NCBI GenBank assembly: GCA_965215475.1
Contig: OZ244061.1
Coordinates: 3,431,282 to 3,495,281 of the forward strand
Direction: 5' to 3'
DNA: 64,000 nt
Source of the DNA: Rhodothermales bacterium
Lineage (GTDB): Bacteria > Bacteroidota > Rhodothermia > Rhodothermales > Bin80
Shown here: in pieces, positions 10,144 to 19,300 of the stretch
Position numbering within the stretch: the first letter of the stretch is position 1
Layout of the letters: each line of letters opens with the position of its first letter
The notes under the pieces: model-generated
What the model was told of the DNA's origin: nothing
Databases searched by the model: none
Seen by the model: the letters and a program-made list of their open reading frames with translations, nothing else
Translations under genes and position numbers: made by a program

Positions 10144-11697
10144 ATGCAGGTTGAGATTGACAATATAACGGATGAGGAGATACGTCAGCGCTTGGTAATA
10201 GGAGAAGATCAGCACTGGGAATTTAAGGAGATCAAGTTCAAAGGTGATAGTCCGAGCAGCCCTAGACGGGAGGATCTTGCGGATGAGATTATAGCTTTTG
10301 CGAATGCAAATGGCGGAGTCCTTCTTTGTGGGGTTTCCGATGATGGTCAACTTCAGGATATGTATCCCAAACAGTTGGCCTCCCTTAATCAGGCACTATC
10401 TAATGTATGTAGCGATTCCGTGGAGCCCCCGATACGGATTCGCATTCATCACCGCATACTTGATGAAAAAGTCTATTTACTTGTGGAGGTCCCGAAGGGA
10501 GATTCTGCTCATGAGCGTTTTGGTCGCGCATTCATCCGAGTGGGTGGAAGCAAACGTCAACTTAGTGACGATGAGACGCTACGGCTTGCACAAAGCCGTG
10601 CAAAGGCTAGATACTTGTGGTTTGATCAACGGATTGTTCCCGAAACTGGGCTAAACTCTTTGAATGAGAGCTTGTGGGAACCACTATTAAGTGCGGAGGG
10701 GCAGAGTGATCCGGAAAAGGGCTTGATGAATTTGGGTCTGCTAGCTGAGGATGAAGTTGGGGTATACCGAGCTACGGTCTCAGGTATACTCCTATGTACG
10801 AATTCTCCTCAACAATGGCTTCCTCACGCTATGATTATGGCGACCATGTACAGAGGCAAGGATCGCGCATCAGGTCAGTTGGATGCACAAGAAATTGAAG
10901 GTCCACTTCCTCAGCAGATTTTTGATGCGGTCAAATTTATAGTTCGTAATATGCGTGTTGCTGCACGTAAATCTCCTGCCCGCGAAGATATGCCTCAGTA
11001 TAGCAAAGTTGCAGTATTTGAGGCTATAGTTAACGCGGTAATTCATCGGGACTACTCAATATATTCTAGTCGAATCCGACTGTCAATGTTTAAGGATCAC
11101 CTGGAAATTGATTCCCCGGGTCAACTCCCTAACGGGATGACCATTGGGATGATGAATTCCAAGCAGTCAACACGTAATGAGACACTCGCTTCAGTGTTTG
11201 CGAGACTGCCCGTAGGTGCTATTCCAGGATCGGAACACCGTAGGTACATGATGGAAAAGCGAGGTGACGGAGTTTCATTAATCATAAAATCTACCCATGA
11301 GACTACAGGGATTGAACCCAAATATACTCTGATTGACCACTCTAATCTGGTTTTAACCATTCCGGCTGCCAAATTTGAATTCACTCCAGCGGATGCTACC
11401 ATTACGATTCATTCTGAATCCGAACCGATTTTAGGAGTTGATGTTTTGGTGCTGTTTCCCAACAAAACTTGGAAGCGGGCCAGCACGAATGAGGCTGGTG
11501 AAGCAGAGTTTGATTTACTTTCTACGCACTTGCCTATGACCGTCTTGGTTGCAAATCCAGGATACCGTGCTAGGATAGTAACGGAGTGGATTCCTCGTGA
11601 TGGAGGATTATTGGTGGAGTTGGCTCCTCTTAAAAGTGGTGGCTCAGTTATTTCCCAGATTCCACTGGGCGGATCCCGGGCCTACATGGTCGATTAA
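10144..11697 (+). CDS. AlbA_2 (Schlafen-type) + HATPase_c_4 protein with a C-terminal carboxypeptidase-regulatory-like beta-sandwich; possibly frameshifted at the 3' end
   Basis: 517 aa, a paralog of 5549..6790 (GEDQHWEFKEIKF...LADEIIAFAN; EAIVNAVIHRDYS...IDSPGQLPN). The extra C-terminal segment is ITIHSESEPILGVDVLVLFPNKTWKRASTNEAGEAEFDL...VLVANPGYRA. Confidence 0.8.
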   Translation: MQVEIDNITDEEIRQRLVIGEDQHWEFKEIKFKGDSPSSPRREDLADEIIAFANANGGVLLCGVSDDGQLQDMYPKQLASLNQALSNVCSDSVEPPIRIRIHHRILDEKVYLLVEVPKGDSAHERFGRAFIRVGGSKRQLSDDETLRLAQSRAKARYLWFDQRIVPETGLNSLNESLWEPLLSAEGQSDPEKGLMNLGLLAEDEVGVYRATVSGILLCTNSPQQWLPHAMIMATMYRGKDRASGQLDAQEIEGPLPQQIFDAVKFIVRNMRVAARKSPAREDMPQYSKVAVFEAIVNAVIHRDYSIYSSRIRLSMFKDHLEIDSPGQLPNGMTIGMMNSKQSTRNETLASVFARLPVGAIPGSEHRRYMMEKRGDGVSLIIKSTHETTGIEPKYTLIDHSNLVLTIPAAKFEFTPADATITIHSESEPILGVDVLVLFPNKTWKRASTNEAGEAEFDLLSTHLPMTVLVANPGYRARIVTEWIPRDGGLLVELAPLKSGGSVISQIPLGGSRAYMVD

Positions 11698-12383
11698 ACC
11701 CGGTACGAGACAATAACGACCGAACGTATCTCTATGCTCAGAATATTGCGATAGAAGGTGGTAGGCAGCAACCGGTTTCCTTTCGATTTGGTAAGCCACT
11801 AAGTCTGATAGATTCATACGGCGCCGAAATGTTAGTTACCATATCAAATATCATTGGACAGGTAGCACTGATGGAGTATAGAAAGGTTGACAGGTCTCTC
11901 GAAGATTGACAATCAAGAAGGCGCTGGCACCCTTACCGCAAGACGACCTGCCGTGCCTACCAGCTCGAAAAGATGTTGAACCCCAGTTGGTGCATAGTCG
12001 TAAAATCAATATACTGTGCAATATCGATTTGATAAAACAAAACCGAGTGAGTGTGGGAATCTTGGTTGCGATGTCAACATTTATTCTGACCGCAATCATC
12101 TCAATTTGGCGAGTCAATGAATGCCGAATGAAGCAGATTGACAAGTAAATAATCCATCCATGATGGAATGGATATGGATAGATGCTCTCTAGAGTAAAAT
12201 CTCCAGTGATCTGGATGAGATCCGTAAGATATAATTTTCGTTAGTGGATGCCATGTCTAAGCTCATGAGGTTATCTCGTAAATATCTGGTGAATGGATAT
12301 ATCGGAGGAAATGACCACACTCGTGTTGGTAGAGTCTGTGATTCTGTGCCCAGCATGCTGAGTTTCATTCATTCCAAGATGCT

Positions 12384-13877
12384 ATGATAAAATACAAAAC
12401 CCTTTGTTCCCTAACATGGATCGGTGTTTGCCTAATCATAGGGCCAAAGATAACATATGCTCAGTCACACACCAACGAAGGCAAACTTTTAGAGTTAGGA
12501 GAAGCTTGGTTAGTAGGTATAGAGATTGAAAGAAAGAGAGCACGGGTTGCAGAAACAGCATGGTGGACGACTCAAGCAATTAGGTTGGATGCTGAGGCAA
12601 GGAGGATAGAAGAATTAGAGGTAGCACTAACAACTTTAGACTCAGAGCTAAAAAAAATAGCAAACACCAAACTGGGTTTTTTTGACTATTTGATAGGTAT
12701 AGTTGCGGATGCATTAGAGGACGCAGATGGGGTTAGTGATTGGAACTTCGTTGAATATGTAGAAAGATTTGAGTTTGCAAAGATGGTAACGTCAGCAATT
12801 CAAACAGAATTTGAATTAACATGGGATGGAAGATTGAAGAATGAAAAAATACAGTTGCAGGAAGAATTGTTAGCACTAAGGGAGAAACTGGGACTTCATG
12901 AGAATTGGAATCCACTACTAGATGAAATACCTCCAGAGGCAATTGCATCTGTTATAGCACAAAAAATAGATTTGGCAACACTTGCACATGTAAACAAATC
13001 TCAATCCCAGGCACGACAGGTAACGATACGAACCAAGAAATTTCAACAAAAACTGCAAAGTGAGATAGTCAAAATTAGAGAAGTGGTGGGTGCAGAAATG
13101 CATAGATTAATTGATTCTCACCAGTCGACATTGTCTGAAGAGGACAAAGAACGACGACATGAAATTATCGCACTCGCTGCCACAGAAGTTGGGTTATCGT
13201 TGCCAAAAAGAGGATTGCTGTATGATGCAGATATGTTAGTAAGAGAATCCTTACGGAAATTTGCAGTTATAGCGGAAGAAGAAGGGTTTGAATCAAAATG
13301 GTTGCCGACGGATGCAGTACTAGTGTCATTTGCAGAAGGAGCCACACTTTTGGCAAGAGGTGCAGAGTTACTCGGGTACATTGAACAAGGATTTTGGGCA
13401 AACCCGCTTCCGACACTTGGGGCTGAGTGGGTAGAATTGGCTGAGGCAGTAGAGGAACGAGCAAAAAGGGTGGAGCAAATTGTAGAATGGTTAGCGGAAA
13501 GGGAGGCAGTGGAGGTAGAGCAGGAAGTGGCGATGATACTTCGGGTAGAACGTATAGCAAATGAGGCAAGAAGGGCGGAAATTGATAATGCGGGATTGGT
13601 GGCAAAACAGGCAGAGAGTATGCAATTACTGCTTGAAGGTCGGGCTAAACGAGAGGAAATTGAAGCAGCCCGGTGGGCAAGTTTATTGGAAGAGGCTTCT
13701 TCGCTGGCAACGGAAGCGAAATGGCTGGCAATTGAAGGAAAGCGCTTAGTTGAACGAGAGACCTATATAAAAAGTGTGAGACCTATGGAAGGGCGTTCAA
13801 ATTTGGATAGACAAGCTGGCAGACTTGGAGTAAGGGCATCACGTATCGCTGAGCAGGTAATACTGCTTAAGAACTGA
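12384..13877 (+). CDS. secreted coiled-coil protein, unknown function
   Basis: 497 aa. Signal-peptide-like N-terminus (LTWIGVCLIIGPKITYAQ), then a long A/E/R/L/K-rich region with heptad character. Confidence 0.55.
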   Translation: MIKYKTLCSLTWIGVCLIIGPKITYAQSHTNEGKLLELGEAWLVGIEIERKRARVAETAWWTTQAIRLDAEARRIEELEVALTTLDSELKKIANTKLGFFDYLIGIVADALEDADGVSDWNFVEYVERFEFAKMVTSAIQTEFELTWDGRLKNEKIQLQEELLALREKLGLHENWNPLLDEIPPEAIASVIAQKIDLATLAHVNKSQSQARQVTIRTKKFQQKLQSEIVKIREVVGAEMHRLIDSHQSTLSEEDKERRHEIIALAATEVGLSLPKRGLLYDADMLVRESLRKFAVIAEEEGFESKWLPTDAVLVSFAEGATLLARGAELLGYIEQGFWANPLPTLGAEWVELAEAVEERAKRVEQIVEWLAEREAVEVEQEVAMILRVERIANEARRAEIDNAGLVAKQAESMQLLLEGRAKREEIEAARWASLLEEASSLATEAKWLAIEGKRLVERETYIKSVRPMEGRSNLDRQAGRLGVRASRIAEQVILLKN

Positions 13878-14214
13878 TTTCCTGTTTCGTAAAACAGTCT
13901 CAGAGAGTCCCCAAATAGTTTCGGGCTAGTATTCGAAATGGGTAATCTCTTATGTTGATAGTGAAAAATATATTCTGAATTATACGGAATAATGTATGAT
14001 TTGCAGAATACAGTTGCATTTTTCTCTATGCTATCACGAAGTGAGCAATCTTAATCTTGTCTTTGTGACGTATATCTGGAAGGATCCCACATACAGGTAG
14101 CAAAACTTGGAGTAAGAGATCACGGTTATCTTAGATATTCTAATGTTTTTAAGGGACGGAAGGAGGTAATTACATGGATGTTACTCATAGTTTCTTTTCA
14201 AGGTTATTGAAAAA

Positions 14215-15264
14215 ATGATCAGAGCAGGAATCGTAGGAGCAACAGGGGCGGTAGGGCAGAAATTTATCGAGCTTCTTAAGGAGCATCCCTGGTTCAAAAT
14301 CACGGCTCTGGTTGCATCGGACAGGTCAGTAGGGAAGAAGTACTACGATGTAGTCAATTGGATTGGTACGGCAGAAATTCCGGCATCAATTGCCTCGATG
14401 GAGGTGTTACCACTCAGTGATGATTTGCCATGCGATGTGGTCTTCTCAGGACTGCATGCGTCGGTCGCAGATCATGCCGAGCCAAAGTTGGCCAAGGCGG
14501 GCTATCCGGTCATTTCCAATGCGAAGAGTTTTCGGATGCATCCAGATGTTCCTTTACTGATTCCAGAGGTCAATCCAGATCATGCGTTCTTGGTCAAGAA
14601 TCAGGACTGGCAGAGTACAGGCTATATCGTGACCAACCCCAATTGCTCCACTGTTGGCCTGACCTGCGCGCTGAAACCACTTCATGACCGGTTTGGTCTG
14701 GAAGCGGTTCAGGTCACGACAATGCAAGCTCTTTCCGGTGCCGGTTACCCCGGAGTATCGTCACTGGATGCTTTGGCAAATGTTGTGCCATTCATCGGAG
14801 GTGAAGAGGATAAGTTGGTTCATGAACCGAATAAATTGTTGGGGGATGTTACGGACGGCATTTTGCGTCCGCAATCTATCCGCATTAGCGCTCAATGTAA
14901 CCGTGTTCCTGTACTGGAAGGGCATCTCGAATGTATTTCGGTCAAATTGGGCCGGGATGCCAGCCAAGATGAAGTATATGAGGCCTTCGAATCATTTGTC
15001 AGTCCGATCAAAGATTTGTCCTTACCAACCGAGCCAGAGAAATTATTACACGTATTTAAAGATCAGCGTTTCCCTCAGCCAAGGAGACATTCTGACTTAG
15101 GAAGGGGAATGACCGTGAGTATTGGCCGAATTCGCCCTTGTGAAGTCTTGGATTATAAGTTTGTGGCACTATCCCACAATACGATCCGCGGTGCGGCAGG
15201 TGGTGCAGTTTTAAATGCAGAATTACTTGTCAAACAAGGCTTATTGGGATCCCGTCACACGTAA
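14215..15264 (+). CDS. asd: aspartate-semialdehyde dehydrogenase
   Basis: 349 aa. Rossmann N-terminus GIVGATGAVGQ; active-site motif IVTNPNCST. Confidence 0.9.
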   Translation: MIRAGIVGATGAVGQKFIELLKEHPWFKITALVASDRSVGKKYYDVVNWIGTAEIPASIASMEVLPLSDDLPCDVVFSGLHASVADHAEPKLAKAGYPVISNAKSFRMHPDVPLLIPEVNPDHAFLVKNQDWQSTGYIVTNPNCSTVGLTCALKPLHDRFGLEAVQVTTMQALSGAGYPGVSSLDALANVVPFIGGEEDKLVHEPNKLLGDVTDGILRPQSIRISAQCNRVPVLEGHLECISVKLGRDASQDEVYEAFESFVSPIKDLSLPTEPEKLLHVFKDQRFPQPRRHSDLGRGMTVSIGRIRPCEVLDYKFVALSHNTIRGAAGGAVLNAELLVKQGLLGSRHT

Positions 15265-15313
15265 CTTTCTTGGAACCCTCAGTACAATATTTTCGTACCA
15301 GACTCCTTTATTT

Positions 15314-15386
15314 GCGGGAATAGCTCAGTTGGTAGAGCATCTGCTTGCCATGCAGAAGGTCGCGAGTTCGAATCTCGTTTCCCGCT
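15314..15386 (+). tRNA. tRNA-Gly (anticodon GCC)
   Basis: Hand-folded cloverleaf: acceptor GCGGGAA/UUCCCGC, D arm GCUC-AGUUGGUA-GAGC, anticodon stem UCUGC/GCAGA with loop UUGCCAU, T arm GCGAG-UUCGAAU-CUCGU. No CCA is encoded. Confidence 0.9.
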
Positions 15387-15482
15387 CAAAAGCGCACACA
15401 ATCTCGGTGTCTTTCCTACCCAGTATCATTGATTTTCCTGTTTCAATCCACTTACCTCTATCGCTTTATTAAACCTCTCAAG

Positions 15483-16040
15483 GTGCTTCCTGTGCAAGTT
15501 TTGCTGATGGCATTGCTTGTAAGTTCCTGTTCCCGTCGGGATTTAAGTGGGGAGTTTTCGCTTTCCTCATCGGAGTTTACCAGGGAAAGCTCGAAGGTTC
15601 AGATTCTGATCTCACAAGCGAATTCGGAACTCGACGAAAGTCTCCCAAGGCTTAGGATTTCGGCGGATCATGTCTACTGGATTGGAGAAAGTGACTCTAC
15701 GATCCAGTATCTCGAGGGTTTGGAAAATAAAGTAGAGATTGTGATTCATGATTCGACAGGATCTATTTCAGCATTTATTGAAGCCGATCGTGTGACATAC
15801 TATAAAAACAAGGATTATTTTGTTGCGGAAGGCGAAGTGCTCATCGAAACAGATGATGAGCGATCATTAACGACAGAGCGAATCGAATGGTGGGAGAGAG
15901 AGCAGCTTCTGAGAACGAATGAGTTTGTATACATTACCACGCCGGAAGAAGTTGTTTCTGGGGTTGGACTGGAGGCGACGGAAGATCTGGCTACATACCA
16001 GATCGGCCGGTTCAGAGCTGAATTCTTGATTGATCAATGA
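15483..16040 (+). CDS. lptC: LptC-like LPS export periplasmic lipoprotein
   Basis: Track ORF 15345..16040 overlaps the tRNA, so the real start must be later: GTG 15483 or ATG 15507. This gives ...LLMALLVSSC (lipobox-like). The OstA/LptC-like strands include VEIVIHDSTG...ADRVTYY. The stop overlaps the next gene (ATGA). Confidence 0.55.
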   Translation: MLPVQVLLMALLVSSCSRRDLSGEFSLSSSEFTRESSKVQILISQANSELDESLPRLRISADHVYWIGESDSTIQYLEGLENKVEIVIHDSTGSISAFIEADRVTYYKNKDYFVAEGEVLIETDDERSLTTERIEWWEREQLLRTNEFVYITTPEEVVSGVGLEATEDLATYQIGRFRAEFLIDQ

Positions 16041-17437
16041 AACCCGTCATACTGTGGATTCTTGTTGTCTTGAATATGCCCCACTTCCATGCGGATATGC
16101 ATCCGAGGGCGTTCTTCGTCTATGCGGATACGGATTCGGTATCCGTATCCGGCGATTCGTTGACTGGCCTTCAAGAAGAGGGGAACTTTCTTCAATATAT
16201 TAGTGGAGATGTTCGCGTGCTTCATGGTCTCACTCGGATCACTTCAGATCTGGCAGTTCGGAATGTTACACGGCGTAGAATTTCTTTCATGAGAGATGCT
16301 GTATTAATTGATGAAGGCGATACCCTGCGAGCGGATTCATTGCATTATGACGAAGAATCGGAAATCGGACGGGCGGCAGGGAATGTCCGACTTTCTGATG
16401 GCGAAGTCGTTACGTTATCTCCCACCGGAGTTCACTATGTTGAGGAAAAGCGAGTTGAATTCCCTCAGGGGGTGATTTTAAGGGATTCATCAACAACTCT
16501 GACGGGACAGAAGGGGACCTACTGGATTGAGGACGAAATTGCTGACCTTGCCGGTGGAGTTGAGATGGAGTCCAAAGATATAAAGCTGATTGCTGATTCG
16601 CTGACCCACTATAGAGATTTTTCAATCTCGCTCGCTCGTGGATCAGTACGATATCACTTGGGATCAGAAAATGATTCAACTTGGGTCGCAGGTGAGCGCG
16701 TAGAATACAATTCGGAGGATTCATTAAGCGTAATTCGAGGAACACCACTATTGATGCACCTAGAGTATGACTCACTCTCCATTGATACACTGATTATCCG
16801 TGCAGAGGTTCTTCGCATGCAGGATCGCGCGAAAAACAGCCATCTGGATGCAAACAATAGAGTTCGTGTATGGAATAGATCTCTAGCTGCGGTCGCAGAT
16901 TCTTTGATCTTTGATCGATCCAAAGAAGACACCAATCAATTAATCTGGTTGTATGGCCAACCCATTGTGTGGATGGATGATACTCAGTTGACAGGAGATA
17001 CGATAAAGGTGGTGATGAAGGATGGTGAAATGGATTCTTTGTTTATCTGGGGGAATTCGTTTATCGCACAAGAGGATAGCTCTATCAAACGAATCAATCA
17101 GATAAAGGGAAAAAATGTGATCAGCACCATGCAAAGCGATTCGGTACGAATATTCAGGGTGGGACCAAATGCGGAAGCTATATATTACAACAAGAAGGAA
17201 GGCGATGAACCTGATGGAGCTATAGAGGCATCGGGGGATGAGATTCGTATGCAATTTGTAGGGGATACCCTACAGACGCTGATATTCACTACGGATGTTG
17301 TGGGAACACGTTATCCAGAGAATGGAATTCCATCTAACCTAGGTCTTGAGGGACTAAATTGGGATCCCTTACAAATGCCTACGAAGGAAGAACTTCTTTA
17401 TGATTTTTTAATCGATCAATTCAGATGGGGACCCTGA
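16037..17437 (+). CDS. OstA/LptA-family periplasmic protein (repeated OstA-N-like domains)
   Basis: 466 aa between the lptC-like gene and lptB. It has repeated beta-jellyroll-like segments (GDVRVLHG..., GNVRLSDG...). Confidence 0.55.
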   Translation: MKPVILWILVVLNMPHFHADMHPRAFFVYADTDSVSVSGDSLTGLQEEGNFLQYISGDVRVLHGLTRITSDLAVRNVTRRRISFMRDAVLIDEGDTLRADSLHYDEESEIGRAAGNVRLSDGEVVTLSPTGVHYVEEKRVEFPQGVILRDSSTTLTGQKGTYWIEDEIADLAGGVEMESKDIKLIADSLTHYRDFSISLARGSVRYHLGSENDSTWVAGERVEYNSEDSLSVIRGTPLLMHLEYDSLSIDTLIIRAEVLRMQDRAKNSHLDANNRVRVWNRSLAAVADSLIFDRSKEDTNQLIWLYGQPIVWMDDTQLTGDTIKVVMKDGEMDSLFIWGNSFIAQEDSSIKRINQIKGKNVISTMQSDSVRIFRVGPNAEAIYYNKKEGDEPDGAIEASGDEIRMQFVGDTLQTLIFTTDVVGTRYPENGIPSNLGLEGLNWDPLQMPTKEELLYDFLIDQFRWGP

Positions 17438-18165
17438 AACTTCGGACCAAGGGATTGACCAAGCGATTTAAGAAGCGCACGGTCGTTGACAGTGTTTCAC
17501 TTGAAGTACAATCCGGGGAGGTGGTAGGACTGCTCGGCCCGAATGGGGCGGGGAAATCAACCTCCTTTCATATGATTGTGGGACTTGAAAAACCCAACCA
17601 AGGTCGTATTTACTTGGGAGAGGACGACATTACTGCACTCCCCATGTATAAGAGAGCGCGTCGAGGGTTGGGCTATTTAGCGCAAGAGAAAAGCGTTTTT
17701 CAGCAGTTGACGGTTGAGCAAAACCTTCATGCGGTACTAGAATTTCAGAAGTTGTCCAGGGCAGATCGGAATCTTCGGGTGGACAAATTGATCCACCAGT
17801 TTGGTTTAGAAACGGTCCGGGGGGCGAAAGCCTATACTCTTTCAGGAGGAGAGCGGCGAAGAACAGAAATCGCCCGCTCGATGGTTTTAGAACCAGATTT
17901 TTTTTTACTGGATGAACCATTTGCCGGAGTTGATCCGATTACAGTTGAATATATTCAAGAGATCATTTGCCAACTCGCAGATTTGAACATCGGAGTATTA
18001 ATTACCGATCACAATGTCCACGAAACTTTAGCAATCACAAACCGGGCATATCTGTTGTTTGATGGCAAGATTATGAAGTCGGGGACGGCAGAACAACTTG
18101 CTTCTGATCCCAAAGTACGTCAGCATTATCTCGGCGAAAAATTTGCGCTTGAACGCTATCGCTGA
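17425..18165 (+). CDS. lptB: LPS export ABC transporter ATP-binding protein
   Basis: 246 aa. Walker A GPNGAGKST, signature LSGGERRR, Walker B FFLLDEP. Confidence 0.9.
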   Translation: MGTLKLRTKGLTKRFKKRTVVDSVSLEVQSGEVVGLLGPNGAGKSTSFHMIVGLEKPNQGRIYLGEDDITALPMYKRARRGLGYLAQEKSVFQQLTVEQNLHAVLEFQKLSRADRNLRVDKLIHQFGLETVRGAKAYTLSGGERRRTEIARSMVLEPDFFLLDEPFAGVDPITVEYIQEIICQLADLNIGVLITDHNVHETLAITNRAYLLFDGKIMKSGTAEQLASDPKVRQHYLGEKFALERYR

Positions 18166-18214
18166 ACGCCTTCTCGAGGCCAAAGTAGAACCGAGACACA
18201 GCCATCTGGTTGCC

Positions 18215-19243
18215 ATGGTCGTCATAATGAAGAAAAAAGCTTCGGAAGAAGATATCGAAGCGGTGATAACGAACCTCAACGCGTTTGGCTTTGATGTCCA
18301 TCGCTCAAGCGGTATTCACCAAACCGTGCTTGGTGCCATCGGAGTTCGACCAGGATTTGATCATCGAATCATTCGGGGGCTTAGTGGAGTCGCGGATGTT
18401 CAGAGGGTTACGGAGCCCTATAAACTTGCAAGTCGTGTAGGCCGAGAGTCCTCATCGATAATGGATGTGGATGGCTTACCCATTGGTGGAGATGCGATTA
18501 CCATGATGGCAAGCCTTTGGAGTACGGAAAGTAAATCGAGACTAGTAGAAGCGGTAGCCAAGACCGCCTCCTCTGGAGCATCGCTCTTTCGAGGAAGCAC
18601 TGTGAAACCAAAAACATCCTTCTATGAATATCGTGGACCAGGGAGTGGTAAATTTGAGGTAATGCGGCGGGCAGCGGATAAATATGGGTCAAAGCTTGTG
18701 ATGGAGGTGAGGAGCAGGGAACAGGTAGAGGTCATATCGGAATATGCGAATATACTTCTGGTACAGGCACACAACATGCAGAATTTAGAATTACTGCGGA
18801 TGCTAGGGGAATCAAACAAGCCAATCTTGCTTGAGCGAGGATTTGCATCAACCGTGCAGGAGTGGATCATGGCGGCTGAATATATCATGCGATCTGGGAA
18901 TACTCGTGTGATCTTATGTGAGCGTGGAATTCGCACGTTCGAATCCGCAACGCGATATACTCTTGATCTATCTGCAGTAGCGGTTGCCAAGGCAAAAAGC
19001 CACTTACCGGTCTTCGTGGATCCTTGTCAGGGAACGGGCATGCGAGATTATGTGATTCCTTTGGCATGTGCAGCTGTGGCTGCCGGCGCAGATGGAATTG
19101 CCGTAGATATTCATCATGATCCTCCACGTGCCTCATCTCACGGATTTCAGGCGCTGAATTTCGATCAGTTTTCCGATTTGATCACACAGCTTTGTAAAGT
19201 AGCAGATGCAGTCGGGCGGAGTTTGCATCAAAATTCTCCATGA
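18215..19243 (+). CDS. type I-beta DAHP synthase-like protein with N-terminal ferredoxin-like/ACT-like domain; catalytic ligands apparently substituted
   Basis: The start moves to ATG 18215 because the upstream part of track ORF 18098 overlaps lptB. The architecture and blocks (VILCERGIRTFE, TLDLSAV, SHLPVFVDP) match Thermotoga-type DAHPS. The GPCS, KRG, DPSH and EVH...LSD positions read SLWS, ERG, DPCQ and DIH...SSH. Confidence 0.7.
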   Translation: MVVIMKKKASEEDIEAVITNLNAFGFDVHRSSGIHQTVLGAIGVRPGFDHRIIRGLSGVADVQRVTEPYKLASRVGRESSSIMDVDGLPIGGDAITMMASLWSTESKSRLVEAVAKTASSGASLFRGSTVKPKTSFYEYRGPGSGKFEVMRRAADKYGSKLVMEVRSREQVEVISEYANILLVQAHNMQNLELLRMLGESNKPILLERGFASTVQEWIMAAEYIMRSGNTRVILCERGIRTFESATRYTLDLSAVAVAKAKSHLPVFVDPCQGTGMRDYVIPLACAAVAAGADGIAVDIHHDPPRASSHGFQALNFDQFSDLITQLCKVADAVGRSLHQNSP

Positions 19244-19300
19244 CGCTTTGTTAGATGCTATACAAACCGGTTCGTATAGGGGAGTATCGTCGTAGAATCT

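Noticed and set aside
11671-11680. GGATCCCGGG (adjacent BamHI and SmaI sites) near the end of the AlbA_2 paralog, reminiscent of a cloning polylinker.
   Set aside because: It is a single 10-mer with no flanking vector-like sequence, and the surrounding region translates as normal protein. I treat it as coincidence.
15314-15386. tRNA-Gly as a possible integration site for a genomic island.
   Set aside because: No integrase is present, no direct repeat of the tRNA 3' end was found by eye, and the downstream genes are the conserved lpt cluster.
15345-15482. The 5' part of track ORF 15345..16040 overlaps tRNA-Gly.
   Set aside because: It reads through the tRNA gene on the same strand. A lipoprotein-like start further downstream (15483 or 15507) fits the LptC-like protein, so the upstream codons are not coding.
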